From a virus: a DNA stretch of 64,000 nt. Each line of letters opens with the position of its first letter. Position 1 is the stretch's first letter. A program made the translations under genes and the position numbers. Positions 36,855 through 45,214 of this stretch are shown one piece after another. The stretch lies in IMG/VR virus record IMGVR_UViG_3300048910_000141; one strand, written 5' to 3'. The notes below the pieces were generated by a model. That model worked only from the letters and a program-made list of their open reading frames with translations. It was not told the DNA's origin and searched no databases.

Positions 36855-37477
36855 CACGCGTGCCGATCGTCGTCGGGGTACGGGCCGCTGATCCGCACCG
36901 AGAGGATCGCCATGTCATCGCCCAAGCCGACCGACGACAGCGCGCAAGGCGTATCGTTGCTCGTGATGTACGTGATGTGGGCGATGGCGACGCGGCCGGT
37001 GTAGCCGCCGCCGAACGGATCGAACTCGCGCAGCAGCATCCGGTCACCGACCTTATAGCTGCGGTCCTTCTTGTTCCGCATGTCGTGGAGCTTCTTGCCC
37101 GCGACCATTGGCTCGAAGAACTGCGGCCACGACTTGACCTCGTAGTCGTAGGGCGGGAGGCCGGTCGGGATCGTGTTCGGCACCGGGTCGGCCAGCGTAT
37201 GGGCGGCCGGCGGGATCAGCGGCGCGTACAGATCGTCGGCCGTGGTGGCGTTGCGGATCACCTGATCTCGGTCCATCCAGCCATGTTGGAACTGCTCGCG
37301 CTCCGGGGTGCCCGGAAGATACCGATCGTCGCGAACGTCGATGTGCTGTCCTGCATCGCGAGCCCGCTGACCTGCGATGTTGGCTTCGCTCCGGCACTTC
37401 CATTGGATGGGAGGGAGTCCGTCAATGACCTTGCGACGGTACTCGGGCGATGCCGCTGCTAACTCGAAGTTTTCCAT
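36854..37477 (-). CDS. ASCH/DUF3850-like protein with Rmf/CrpP-like N-terminal segment
   Basis: YEVKSWPQFFEPMVAGKKLHDMRNKKDRSYKVGDRMLLREFD...YTGR (DUF3850 pattern); N-terminal AGQRARDAGQ...FQHGWMDR. Confidence 0.55.
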   Translation of the reverse strand: MENFELAAASPEYRRKVIDGLPPIQWKCRSEANIAGQRARDAGQHIDVRDDRYLPGTPEREQFQHGWMDRDQVIRNATTADDLYAPLIPPAAHTLADPVPNTIPTGLPPYDYEVKSWPQFFEPMVAGKKLHDMRNKKDRSYKVGDRMLLREFDPFGGGYTGRVAIAHITYITSNDTPCALSSVGLGDDMAILSVRISGPYPDDDRHA

Positions 37478-37722
37478 TACGATGCCTTCTTGGCTGATGT
37501 TTGGAGGGTGCGGACGAAGTGCTGGACGACCGAGCCCCGGACCACGTCGACCTGAAAGTCTTCGTCCTTGGCCGCATCGATCTCGGCGACCTGCCGGCGC
37601 ATGTGGTCTGCGTGGGCGCGGACCTGCGAGATCATGTCGTCCACGGTGCAGACGCCATGGTCCATGAACCCGTGGTGGGCCTTGCTGCCGGGTAACCGGA
37701 TGCGCGTCATTGTGTCTGCCAT
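37477..37722 (-). CDS. hypothetical protein
   Basis: MADTMTRIRLPGSKAHHGF... Confidence 0.5.
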   Translation of the reverse strand: MADTMTRIRLPGSKAHHGFMDHGVCTVDDMISQVRAHADHMRRQVAEIDAAKDEDFQVDVVRGSVVQHFVRTLQTSAKKAS

Positions 37723-37994
37723 CAGGAAACCTTGCGATTGACGGCACCGTGTTCGGCCATGCAGCGGAAGCCGATCGTCGTAATCTTCCGCATGATGTCG
37801 AGCGCGCCCATCTCCGGTGCGGACTCGGTGGACCAAGCGGCGCGCGCCTTGGCGGCATATTCCTCGATCAGGAGAATGCGTTCGCCGATCGACAGCACAC
37901 CATCTCCGTTCGGGCCGCTCTCCGGCCACACGAAATCCTGATAGGCGAGTTCAGAGTCGATCGCGGCGATTACTTCTTCCTTGGTAGCGGTCAT
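37722..37994 (-). CDS. hypothetical protein, possibly all-alpha NTP-pyrophosphohydrolase-like
   Basis: SELAYQDFVW...ILLIEEYAAKA; weak resemblance. Confidence 0.35.
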   Translation of the reverse strand: MTATKEEVIAAIDSELAYQDFVWPESGPNGDGVLSIGERILLIEEYAAKARAAWSTESAPEMGALDIMRKITTIGFRCMAEHGAVNRKVS

Positions 37995-37997
37995 GAG

Positions 37998-39818
37998 TTA
38001 GGCTGCTTTCTTGTAGCTGGAGGGATCGGTCCCATCGACGGCGCGCTCAATGATCTCGATACGCGTGATGAGGGTTTGTACCGTGTTCGCGTCCATCGTC
38101 CCGTCCACGACGAGGTACTGAATGAGGACGTTGTGTTCGAGACCGTAGCGGTGGGCGCGGTCCTCGCACTGTTCCATGTCACCGGGCACCGACCACATCT
38201 CCACGAACACGACCACGGTCGCTTCCGTCAGTGTGTGACCGACGCCGGCCGCCTTGAGGTTGCCGATGATGACTCGGCATTCGGGGTCAGGCGCGATGTG
38301 GTTGTCGTTGTCGCCTTGGAACCGAAGCTTCTCGGCCTCGACCTTCTTGGCCGTCATGCCGCCCACGATCTTGGCCGCAGTGGGGAAGGCTTCGTACAGG
38401 CCAGCCACCACGTCCTTGTGGATGGCGAAGATGATCACCTTCTCGCCGGCCTCCACGAGGCGCTTGATATGCTCGATCGCCATCGGCAGCTTCGAGAGCG
38501 CCAGATCATGTCGAGCCTCAGAGTAAGCCGCGAACCCCGGCTCGATTTCACCCGGAGCCAGATCGCCGATGTCAGCGTTCTTGAAACCCTGCGGCAGAAT
38601 CTTGGTCATGCAGTCCAGCACGAAGCCGGGGTCGAGGTCCTTGTGGGCGACCTTGGGCTTGTACTCGACGTTGTCGTTGGCGGCGGCCAGCATCGCGAGC
38701 GCTGAGGTGAACTTGTCGCGCTCGGTCTTGATGAGCTTCTTCAAGCCCTCGGCTGGGAAGACCACCACCTGACGGGTCTTCTCGGGCAGGTCTTTCAGGA
38801 CGTTCGACTTCAAGCGGCGGATCATGAAGGTCTTCCGCAGCTTTTCGTTCAGTTCGTCTTCGTTCGAACCACCATCGGCGACAAACCCGAAGTCGCCCTG
38901 ATAGCCAGCACAATAGCGGGTACCGAAGTCGATCCAGTTCTTGCCGAGACCACGCGGATCGAAGTCGCGGATCATCGGCCACATGTCTGCCGGCCGCTTC
39001 ATCATCGGCGTCCCGGTGAGCATCACGCGGTACTCGGCGCGAAGACACGGAACCTTGAGTATCGTGGTCCGGCCATTCTTGTCCGGTCGGCTCTTGATAG
39101 CGAACTTCTTCCGCTTCGTTTCGCTGTTCCATTCGCCATAGTCGCCGAAGATCGCTTGAGTGCGCTTCGACTTCCCGTTCGACAGGTATTGGGCCTCGTC
39201 GCAGATCAGGATGTCCCAATGGTCACGCCACAAGGTGTCCCGATTGCGGGCGAGAATGTCGTAGTTGACGATGACGAAATCGGTCTCCGGGATTTCTCCC
39301 CCGAATGCGACACCGATGGTCAGGCCCTTGTCCAAGAGCCACTTCGTCATCTCCTTGAGCCAGTTGAGCTTCAAGGTCGCCGGACACACGATCAGACCTG
39401 ACCGCAGTCCGAGGTTGTTGATCACGCCGATCGCTTGGATCGTCTTGCCGAGACCCGGCGAGTCGGCGATCAGCGTGTCGTACCGTTCGCAGGCGTAGAG
39501 GATGCCCGCCTTCTGGTAAGGGAGGTAGTCGAGGACCTCTCCCTTATGGTTCTTGATGTAGGGGACAGGGATGTCCGCCTCGGCGTGCATCGCATAGGAT
39601 GCCGCCAGTTCCGCCTCATGCTGGTCGACGATCCCCTTGAGCCGCGAGTAGGCTTCGCCCACACACGAGTCCAAGAAGATGGCGGCCTTACGCCAGTCTC
39701 GGGTGTACCATTTGCGCATGCCCAGCGCGTCGAAGATGAAGCCCGCTTCCTTGAGGGCGTCCTTCTCCGACAATCGGCATGTCGCTACCCAACAATCGTC
39801 GATCAGCGTGATTTGCAC
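37998..39818 (-). CDS. SNF2-family helicase/ATPase
   Basis: Motif I DSPGLGKT, motif II ICDEAQYL, LTGTPMMKRP, C-terminal lobe AAGVGHTLTEA...QCEDRAHRYG. Confidence 0.85.
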   Translation of the reverse strand: MQITLIDDCWVATCRLSEKDALKEAGFIFDALGMRKWYTRDWRKAAIFLDSCVGEAYSRLKGIVDQHEAELAASYAMHAEADIPVPYIKNHKGEVLDYLPYQKAGILYACERYDTLIADSPGLGKTIQAIGVINNLGLRSGLIVCPATLKLNWLKEMTKWLLDKGLTIGVAFGGEIPETDFVIVNYDILARNRDTLWRDHWDILICDEAQYLSNGKSKRTQAIFGDYGEWNSETKRKKFAIKSRPDKNGRTTILKVPCLRAEYRVMLTGTPMMKRPADMWPMIRDFDPRGLGKNWIDFGTRYCAGYQGDFGFVADGGSNEDELNEKLRKTFMIRRLKSNVLKDLPEKTRQVVVFPAEGLKKLIKTERDKFTSALAMLAAANDNVEYKPKVAHKDLDPGFVLDCMTKILPQGFKNADIGDLAPGEIEPGFAAYSEARHDLALSKLPMAIEHIKRLVEAGEKVIIFAIHKDVVAGLYEAFPTAAKIVGGMTAKKVEAEKLRFQGDNDNHIAPDPECRVIIGNLKAAGVGHTLTEATVVVFVEMWSVPGDMEQCEDRAHRYGLEHNVLIQYLVVDGTMDANTVQTLITRIEIIERAVDGTDPSSYKKAA

Positions 39819-39824
39819 GAAGGC

Positions 39825-40457
39825 TTAGCCGAGATTCACCCGGAACAGCACGTCCTTGGCGTCGGCATCGATGACGACGGTCTCGAACGCCTCTTCGACC
39901 ATCTGACTGAGGACTCCCTTGACGCCGATGGTCGCGATCTCGTCGCGTGTGGCGAAGCGCTCGCAAATCGCCGCGCCCGTCAGCGTGGGCAGGATATCGT
40001 CCAGCGTCGCCGGCTCGCCGAAGGGCGACTGACCGTCTTCCAACTTGGTCTGCACCTGCCTGATGGCGCTCTGGGTGATGCGAACGTCGATCGCCTCGCC
40101 GAGACCGTCCATTGTGCGGGCACGATTGAGCAGGTACCTCGGGTTGAAAACCGCGTCGTGCATGTCGGTGTCGTTGAGCAGGTCGGCGTCGGCGAGCGCC
40201 TTGAGGATCACGAGCAAGAGGGTGGTCTTGCCGGCGCCCTGACGGCCGTTGACGCTGATCGTGAACGCGGCGGGAGCGGCGACGGCTTCGTCCTTCTGCC
40301 GATTGATCTCGGCGGCGCACGCCTTGGTCTGGTCGCAGTCGTTCGTCGCGGTCGGGAGGGGCAGGGGGCCGCAAACCGCCTCGAACTCGCTGATCAGGTT
40401 GTCGGCTTCGCGCGGAGTGAGGCCGAGGACGTTGGTGAGGATTTCCTTGGGGGACAT
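39825..40457 (-). CDS. P-loop protein
   Basis: Walker A NGRQGAGKTT. Confidence 0.5.
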   Translation of the reverse strand: MSPKEILTNVLGLTPREADNLISEFEAVCGPLPLPTATNDCDQTKACAAEINRQKDEAVAAPAAFTISVNGRQGAGKTTLLLVILKALADADLLNDTDMHDAVFNPRYLLNRARTMDGLGEAIDVRITQSAIRQVQTKLEDGQSPFGEPATLDDILPTLTGAAICERFATRDEIATIGVKGVLSQMVEEAFETVVIDADAKDVLFRVNLG

Positions 40458-40574
40458 GTGTTAGTCTCGCTTTACACTGGTGGACGTAGCTCCGCCGTGT
40501 CGATCTTTTTGAACGGCGGTGTGGATCGGAGCGGGGAAGTCAAAGAAGATTGACAATCCCGGCGGCGATTGGGT

Positions 40575-40757
40575 TCAGGACAGGTTAGTTTGACCGTCCT
40601 GTTTGAGGTCGATCATGGTCCGCTCGATGGAGCCGGACCATGTGGTGCCTAGCATCTGGATCATCCCGGCGGCGCGGAGCGCGTCGATCATCACGTCGAG
40701 CGCTTCGGCGTCGCGAAGGCTATCCGCGTCGGTGATGATGATCATCGGCGTTCCCAC
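40575..40757 (-). CDS. hypothetical protein
   Basis: 60-aa ORF. Confidence 0.4.
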   Translation of the reverse strand: MGTPMIIITDADSLRDAEALDVMIDALRAAGMIQMLGTTWSGSIERTMIDLKQDGQTNLS

Positions 40758-41671
40758 CGAAGCAGGCGCTTGCGCCGCCTGTGTTCCGCGACAGCGCCGT
40801 TGGCGATGTCGAGGCGTTCTTCCGGCGACAGGTCATAGACCTCGTCCGGCGCGTCCACGGTAACCTCGGAGCCGTAGAAGCGGCTGGGCCGTTCGGTGAC
40901 GGTCGTGGGAACAGCGCCCGTTGGAGAGGTGACGGCGATCTTGTTGGTGATCTCTGAGGGCTTCCCCGCGTCGCTCATCTCACCATCAAGCTTAGCGTAA
41001 CCTTCCCAAGGGAACTGTGGGTCCTTGAAGCCGGCGAGGCTCGCGATTTCGTCGTGCGTGGCGGGACGCACGAGTTCGGGGGCGAAGCGCTCCTTCACGC
41101 CGGTGGGGTAGTCGCTGTAGGTAAAGGCCCAGATACCTCCGTCGACATCGACGTAGCTGACCTTCCCAAGCCGTTCGATGAACTGGTCGGTTCGGTCAAT
41201 GAAAACGATGTCTCCCGTGGCGAATGCCGGGGCGCCGGCCATGCTCGGCGCTGGACTCAAGCCTTCTTTCACCGCCCACGCGAGGTTCGCGATGAACTGC
41301 AACTCGCGCGTCGAGAAGCCGCCAACCGAGTCAGCATCTTCCTTGTCGCGGCCGGTCATCATGTGCCGGATCACGTCGTCCATCATCTTCTGGGCGCTGG
41401 GCAGCATCCTCGGGTTGCCGAAGATGTAGGCGTAGGCGGCCGTCTTGCTCGGGTTCTTCATCTTGCGGCCATACAGCCACGCGATGAAGCTCAAGGCGCG
41501 CGACTGCATCACGCCCTTGGCGTGAAGGACGGCGAGAACGGCGGCTGCTTGAGCGTCGCTCAGTTCCTTGAGGTCTTCGGCGAGGAAGCAGAGGTCCATG
41601 ATGTCGTGGCTCTCGACGATGAGAGCGTCGCCGACGTGCGGCACCACTGGAGGTAGACTCGATTGACGCAT
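40742..41671 (-). CDS. hypothetical protein
   Basis: ATG 41671 six nt after AAGGAG; first gene of the minus block. Confidence 0.6.
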   Translation of the reverse strand: MRQSSLPPVVPHVGDALIVESHDIMDLCFLAEDLKELSDAQAAAVLAVLHAKGVMQSRALSFIAWLYGRKMKNPSKTAAYAYIFGNPRMLPSAQKMMDDVIRHMMTGRDKEDADSVGGFSTRELQFIANLAWAVKEGLSPAPSMAGAPAFATGDIVFIDRTDQFIERLGKVSYVDVDGGIWAFTYSDYPTGVKERFAPELVRPATHDEIASLAGFKDPQFPWEGYAKLDGEMSDAGKPSEITNKIAVTSPTGAVPTTVTERPSRFYGSEVTVDAPDEVYDLSPEERLDIANGAVAEHRRRKRLLRWERR

Positions 41672-41685
41672 TCCATGCTCCTTGA

Positions 41686-41739
41686 GAGTTAGTCTCCCTA
41701 ACCATTTCTCTTGCAAAGTCAAGTGAAACCAGCTATAGG
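41686..41739. promoter_or_regulatory. divergent control region: variant minus-strand cassette and plus-strand TTGCAA-N17-TATAGG promoter
   Basis: Minus: GGTTTCAC-TTGACT...GGTTAGGGAgacTAACTC (spacer 25); plus: TTGCAA 41711-41716, TATAGG 41734-41739. Confidence 0.45.
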
Positions 41740-41745
41740 AAAGGC

Positions 41746-41994
41746 ATGCAGGAAGCCAAAGTAACGCGGGGCCGGACCAGTCCGTTGCCTGACCCCGAGG
41801 AATGGGCCGTCCAGATCAAGGGTGATTGGGACGAAGCTGACTGCCTTTGTCAGGGAAAAGTGCCAGCCGACAAGCAAGTCGTTTACGAACGACGCATCCT
41901 CCGAGAGCGCGACGAGAAATGGGTGTGGAAGCCCTTCATGCGCCTTCACATCGACTGCCCGATCCACGGCCCCAATCGCAACCCGGAGGACTAA
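41746..41994 (+). CDS. hypothetical protein, possibly leaderless
   Basis: ATG lies 7 nt after a TTGCAA-N17-TATAGG promoter. Confidence 0.5.
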   Translation: MQEAKVTRGRTSPLPDPEEWAVQIKGDWDEADCLCQGKVPADKQVVYERRILRERDEKWVWKPFMRLHIDCPIHGPNRNPED

Positions 41995-41996
41995 CC

Positions 41997-42188
41997 ATGC
42001 CGCGTGGGCTCAGCCCGAATAATTGCAACGATATTGAGCGCACCGGCGTCATCCCTCCCGAGTGCCTGTTCCTCAACGATACCCTGCATTTCTGTCCGTC
42101 GTGGCAGGGTGCGCTTATTGACGATACGGACCCCGAGTTCGATCGTTGCCGCTGTGAAGGAGTACCACGTGCAGCCGACCCGCGCTGA
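41997..42188 (+). CDS. hypothetical Cys-rich protein
   Basis: MPRGLSPNNCNDIERTG... Confidence 0.45.
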   Translation: MPRGLSPNNCNDIERTGVIPPECLFLNDTLHFCPSWQGALIDDTDPEFDRCRCEGVPRAADPR

Positions 42189-42543
42189 TATCGCCACGCA
42201 GGTTGCCAGCGACCGCCGACCATCAGGTCCGGACGGTGCCGCCAATTGCGATCGTACCGCTTTCATCTTCGAGGTGTTCGAGTGCGATGCTCTGGACCTC
42301 GATGCCCACTACGATTTCCTCAACATCACGACCTGCAAAGACCTCGATCAGGTCGAGGCGTGTAAGCACATCGCTCTCCTCAAGATGCAGTACACCAAGG
42401 AGTTGGCGGATTATGGGCTGATCCAACCGATCGACGCGGACGTGACGCTGAATTTCCTGACGCTCACCGTACAGCGCATCAACTGGCATCTCCAGCATCT
42501 CGGTATGGGTCGCCGCACACCTCCGTTTCCCGGCCTGAATTAA
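42169..42543 (+). CDS. hypothetical protein
   Basis: GTG 42169 after GGAG. Confidence 0.45.
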   Translation: MQPTRADIATQVASDRRPSGPDGAANCDRTAFIFEVFECDALDLDAHYDFLNITTCKDLDQVEACKHIALLKMQYTKELADYGLIQPIDADVTLNFLTLTVQRINWHLQHLGMGRRTPPFPGLN

Positions 42544-42570
42544 CCAAACCCAACAATTTGTCCTCATGTG

Positions 42571-42599
42571 TTGACTCGTGGACGGTGACTCGATACTTC
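42571..42599 (+). promoter_or_regulatory. candidate promoter of the recombinase gene
   Basis: TTGACT-N17-TACTTC. Confidence 0.35.
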
Positions 42600-42636
42600 G
42601 AGCCACCGAAAGCGAATCACACAGGAGGCACAACCC

Positions 42637-43254
42637 ATGGCGACAAAGCGCGCCAAGATTCTCGACGAGGGGCAGTTCAACAAGCTGCTCCTGTACATCG
42701 ACCAGAACTCGAACATGCCAGAGCGTGATCGACTGATCGTCATGCTCTCCTTCAAGGCTGGTCTGCGCGTCGCGGAGATCGCGAAGATCGACTTCACCGC
42801 GATGACCGATCCGGAAGGCCGGATCGCCAAGACGATCCATGTCTACTCGAACGTCGCGAAGAAGAATCGCGAGCGCGAGGTGCCCATGCACCCGATGGTG
42901 AAGAATGCCTTCGCCGCGTTCCGGAAGAAATATCCGGATGCGCCCTGCGTCGCCATCTCGTCGCAGCCTTTCCAGCACGGCCGCTCCATCTGGGACTCGC
43001 CGGCTCCGCTCATCCGCATGAGCGTCAACGCCCTCACACTATATTATCGCCGGCTGCTCATCGCGGCCGGGTTCGACGGCTGCTCGACGCACTCGGGCAG
43101 GCGGACGTTTGCGACTGACGTGTCCCGCATCCTGTCGCGGCACCACCAGTCGATCAAGGACCTCCAGAGACTGATGGGCCATGCCCGTCTGGACACAACG
43201 GAACGGTATCTGGAACCTTCCAATGACACATTCAATCTCGTGGCCGCGATCTGA
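42637..43254 (+). CDS. short tyrosine recombinase (catalytic domain only, 205 aa)
   Basis: Catalytic residues in order: GLRVAEI (R), HSGRRTF (HxxR), GHARLDTTERY (H, Y); RBS AGGAGG. Confidence 0.8.
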   Translation: MATKRAKILDEGQFNKLLLYIDQNSNMPERDRLIVMLSFKAGLRVAEIAKIDFTAMTDPEGRIAKTIHVYSNVAKKNREREVPMHPMVKNAFAAFRKKYPDAPCVAISSQPFQHGRSIWDSPAPLIRMSVNALTLYYRRLLIAAGFDGCSTHSGRRTFATDVSRILSRHHQSIKDLQRLMGHARLDTTERYLEPSNDTFNLVAAI

Positions 43255-43281
43255 TACGTGGACATGAACGTGAACTGAGAC

Positions 43282-43310
43282 TTGACAGTGAAGCAAGACT
43301 CAAACTAGAC
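43282..43310 (+). promoter_or_regulatory. candidate promoter
   Basis: TTGACA-N17-CTAGAC. Confidence 0.35.
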
Positions 43311-43341
43311 GCAAATCATCAATAGGAAAAGGAGACACAAT

Positions 43342-43974
43342 ATGGCTACCCCGACCACCAAAACTGCACCCAAAGCTACCACCAAGCGCGTTACCGGTAA
43401 AGCAGGCTCGACCGCGCCGAAGCGGGCGCCCAAGTCCGAGCAGCAGCAGGCCGGCGGCACGACCGCGCTGGAGAAGTCGCGCGCTCACATCACTGGGCAA
43501 CCGGCGGCCGGGGGCAAGCCAGCCGGCGCAGCGCCGGAAGTAAAAGCTCCAGCGGATTCGCTGAATGCCGGTGGCGCCGCGATCGAGAACAAGGTGGCCG
43601 GCGAGGGCGCGATTGCGACCGACCAGATCATCACCGAAGCCGATGGCACCATGCGCGGCGGCACCAAGCGGGTGAAGATCGAGGTGATGGAGGTCCTGTC
43701 GCGCGGTGGTCTCAACACGCGCCGCGAGGAGGAATATCCCTTCACCGCTCTTCCGATGTCCGAAGTGATCGACGGTAAGCCCAAGGGTCCGTCGTTCTTC
43801 ATTCCGAAGAGCGATGCTCCGGACCAGAAGGTCGCCACCGCCCGCAAGCGTTATCGCGGCAAGGACGTGCAGTTCGTGACGCGCAAGCACGAGGAAGTCG
43901 TCGAGGGCGAAGAGAAGAAGGGCAAGCAGCCCGGTCTCCGCGTCTGGAAGGTTCCGGGCGGCACTCTCCGATAA
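43342..43974 (+). CDS. hypothetical protein with Lys/Ala/Pro-rich N-terminus
   Basis: 210-aa ORF followed by a strong terminator. Confidence 0.6.
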   Translation: MATPTTKTAPKATTKRVTGKAGSTAPKRAPKSEQQQAGGTTALEKSRAHITGQPAAGGKPAGAAPEVKAPADSLNAGGAAIENKVAGEGAIATDQIITEADGTMRGGTKRVKIEVMEVLSRGGLNTRREEEYPFTALPMSEVIDGKPKGPSFFIPKSDAPDQKVATARKRYRGKDVQFVTRKHEEVVEGEEKKGKQPGLRVWKVPGGTLR

Positions 43975-43995
43975 GCTTCCGGCTTCGGCTGGATC

Positions 43996-44030
43996 GGCCG
44001 TCGCCCGTTAGCGGGCGGCGGCCTTTTTAT
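43996..44030 (+). terminator. rho-independent terminator
   Basis: GGCCGTCGCCCG-TTAG-CGGGCGGCGGCC + TTTTT. Confidence 0.75.
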
Positions 44031-44116
44031 TGAACTACTCCGGACGAACGGGGTTGACGGCGCAGCGAGAATAAGCCATCTCGCGGTAGAGAGTTGAGTC
44101 GGACTCACATTCTCGC

Positions 44117-44145
44117 TTGACTTGTCGAGTGAAAGTGTGCATATG
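44117..44145 (+). promoter_or_regulatory. candidate promoter of a non-coding transcript
   Basis: TTGACT-N17-CATATG. Confidence 0.45.
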
Positions 44146-44460
44146 GCCACTCTCCCTGAACGGGGCCGCCGGTATATCCCCCAACAGCCGGCGGCCCTAA
44201 GGGATGCTCCATGGTTTACCGAGGGGCTGGATCAGCCCGCCAAACCTACCCGGACGCCGCCTAGCTTGGGCAGACGAAGGATAACATAGGCAGGTCCGGC
44301 AGTGATGAGAGTGAAAGCGGTCGTTCTTGATGGCCCTTCGTGAAGTGGGAGATAAGCGCCTCACGGATCGCTGGTCTTGATGGAGCGGAGTTAGTAACCC
44401 GCTGTCAGGGTAAGTGGTCCAGTCTCGTGGTAAGCCGTGGACAAAATAATTTCACAAAGG
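44146..44460 (+). ncRNA. unassigned structured non-coding transcript
   Basis: Starts after promoter 44117-44145; no credible ORF; 10-bp hairpin GGGCCGCCGG...CCGGCGGCCC plus other GC-rich helices. Confidence 0.3.
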
Positions 44461-44464
44461 GGGG

Positions 44465-44493
44465 TTGACTTTAGTCCATGAGTTGGACTATAA
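44465..44493 (+). promoter_or_regulatory. promoter of tRNA cluster 1
   Basis: TTGACT-N17-CTATAA. Confidence 0.55.
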
Positions 44494-44719
44494 GCTGCAC
44501 TCCAACGCGGTTCGCCGCATTTGAAAGAGTTTCGAGTTCCAGTCATGGCACGCAATATCAACAACCCAGCACCAATGATCGCCGCCGTCGCGGCGATTGT
44601 GGTTGTGCGTGTCGAAGACGGAGGAACGCAGGTCTAGCCCGACCTACATTCCTGACACCACCGAATTTGAAGGGCCTCAGATCATCCGATCCGGGGCCTT
44701 TTTCTTTTCACGGTTTTGT

Positions 44720-44796
44720 CAGGGTGTGGCTCAGTCCGGTAGAGCGTGCCCCTCGGAAGGGTGAGGTCGCGGGTTCGAATCCCGCCGCCCTGACCA
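44720..44796 (+). tRNA. tRNA-Pro (anticodon CGG by eye, A37)
   Basis: Acceptor CAGGGTG/CGCCCTG, loop CTCGGAA, T-loop TTCGAAT, A73, encoded CCA. Confidence 0.7.
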
Positions 44797-44886
44797 AACC
44801 GTGATCCACTGAGGTGGTTCGCAAGATTTGAAGTTGACCGACTGGTCGCTTCCGACTAGCAGCACCGCCTCACTCGATGTGGTTGG

Positions 44887-44963
44887 CGGGAAGTGGCGCA
44901 GTCTGGTAGCGCACCGGTCTCGGGGTCCGGGGGTCGCAGGTTCGAATCCTGTCTTCCCGACCA
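44887..44963 (+). tRNA. tRNA-Pro (CGG)
   Basis: Collinear with remembered E. coli proK; loop CTCGGGG; T31:T39 mismatch; CCA encoded. Confidence 0.8.
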
Positions 44964-44966
44964 CAT

Positions 44967-45043
44967 TGCAGTGTAGCTCAGCCCGGTAGAGCGGCGGATT
45001 CATGCTCCGCGCAGCGTTGGTTCAAATCCAGCCACTGCAACCA
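44967..45043 (+). tRNA. tRNA-Met or Ile2 (CAT)
   Basis: Acceptor TGCAGTG/CACTGCA, loop TTCATGC, CCA encoded. Confidence 0.7.
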
Positions 45044-45057
45044 GTTTCGTAGGTAAT

Positions 45058-45133
45058 GCGGGATTAGCTCAGGGGTAGAGCGTCGGTATGACATGCCGAG
45101 ACAGCGGTGGTTCAAATCCATCATTCCGCACCA
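45058..45133 (+). tRNA. tRNA-Val (GAC)
   Basis: Acceptor GCGGGAT/ATTCCGC, loop ATGACAT, 6-nt variable region, CCA. Confidence 0.7.
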
Positions 45134-45138
45134 CCTAC

Positions 45139-45214
45139 GCCTCGTTAGCTCAGGGGTAGAGCGTCGGTATCACACACCGAGCCAGCGGTGGTTCAAATCC
45201 ATCACGAGGCACCA
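45139..45214 (+). tRNA. tRNA-Val (CAC)
   Basis: Acceptor GCCTCGT/ACGAGGC, loop ATCACAC, CCA. Confidence 0.7.

Larger units (their letters stand above)
35912..36860. repeat. five dispersed copies of the gene-junction sequence CATCACGCG (minus: CGCGTGATG)
   Basis: Copies at 35912, 36160, 36473, 36721 and 36852, each forming a stop/start ATGA overlap. Confidence 0.7.

Noticed and set aside
42637-44796. The recombinase next to tRNA genes as evidence of an integrated mobile element or attP site.
   Set aside because: No direct repeats matching a tRNA 3' end and no element boundaries are visible. The flanking genes are phage genes on both sides.
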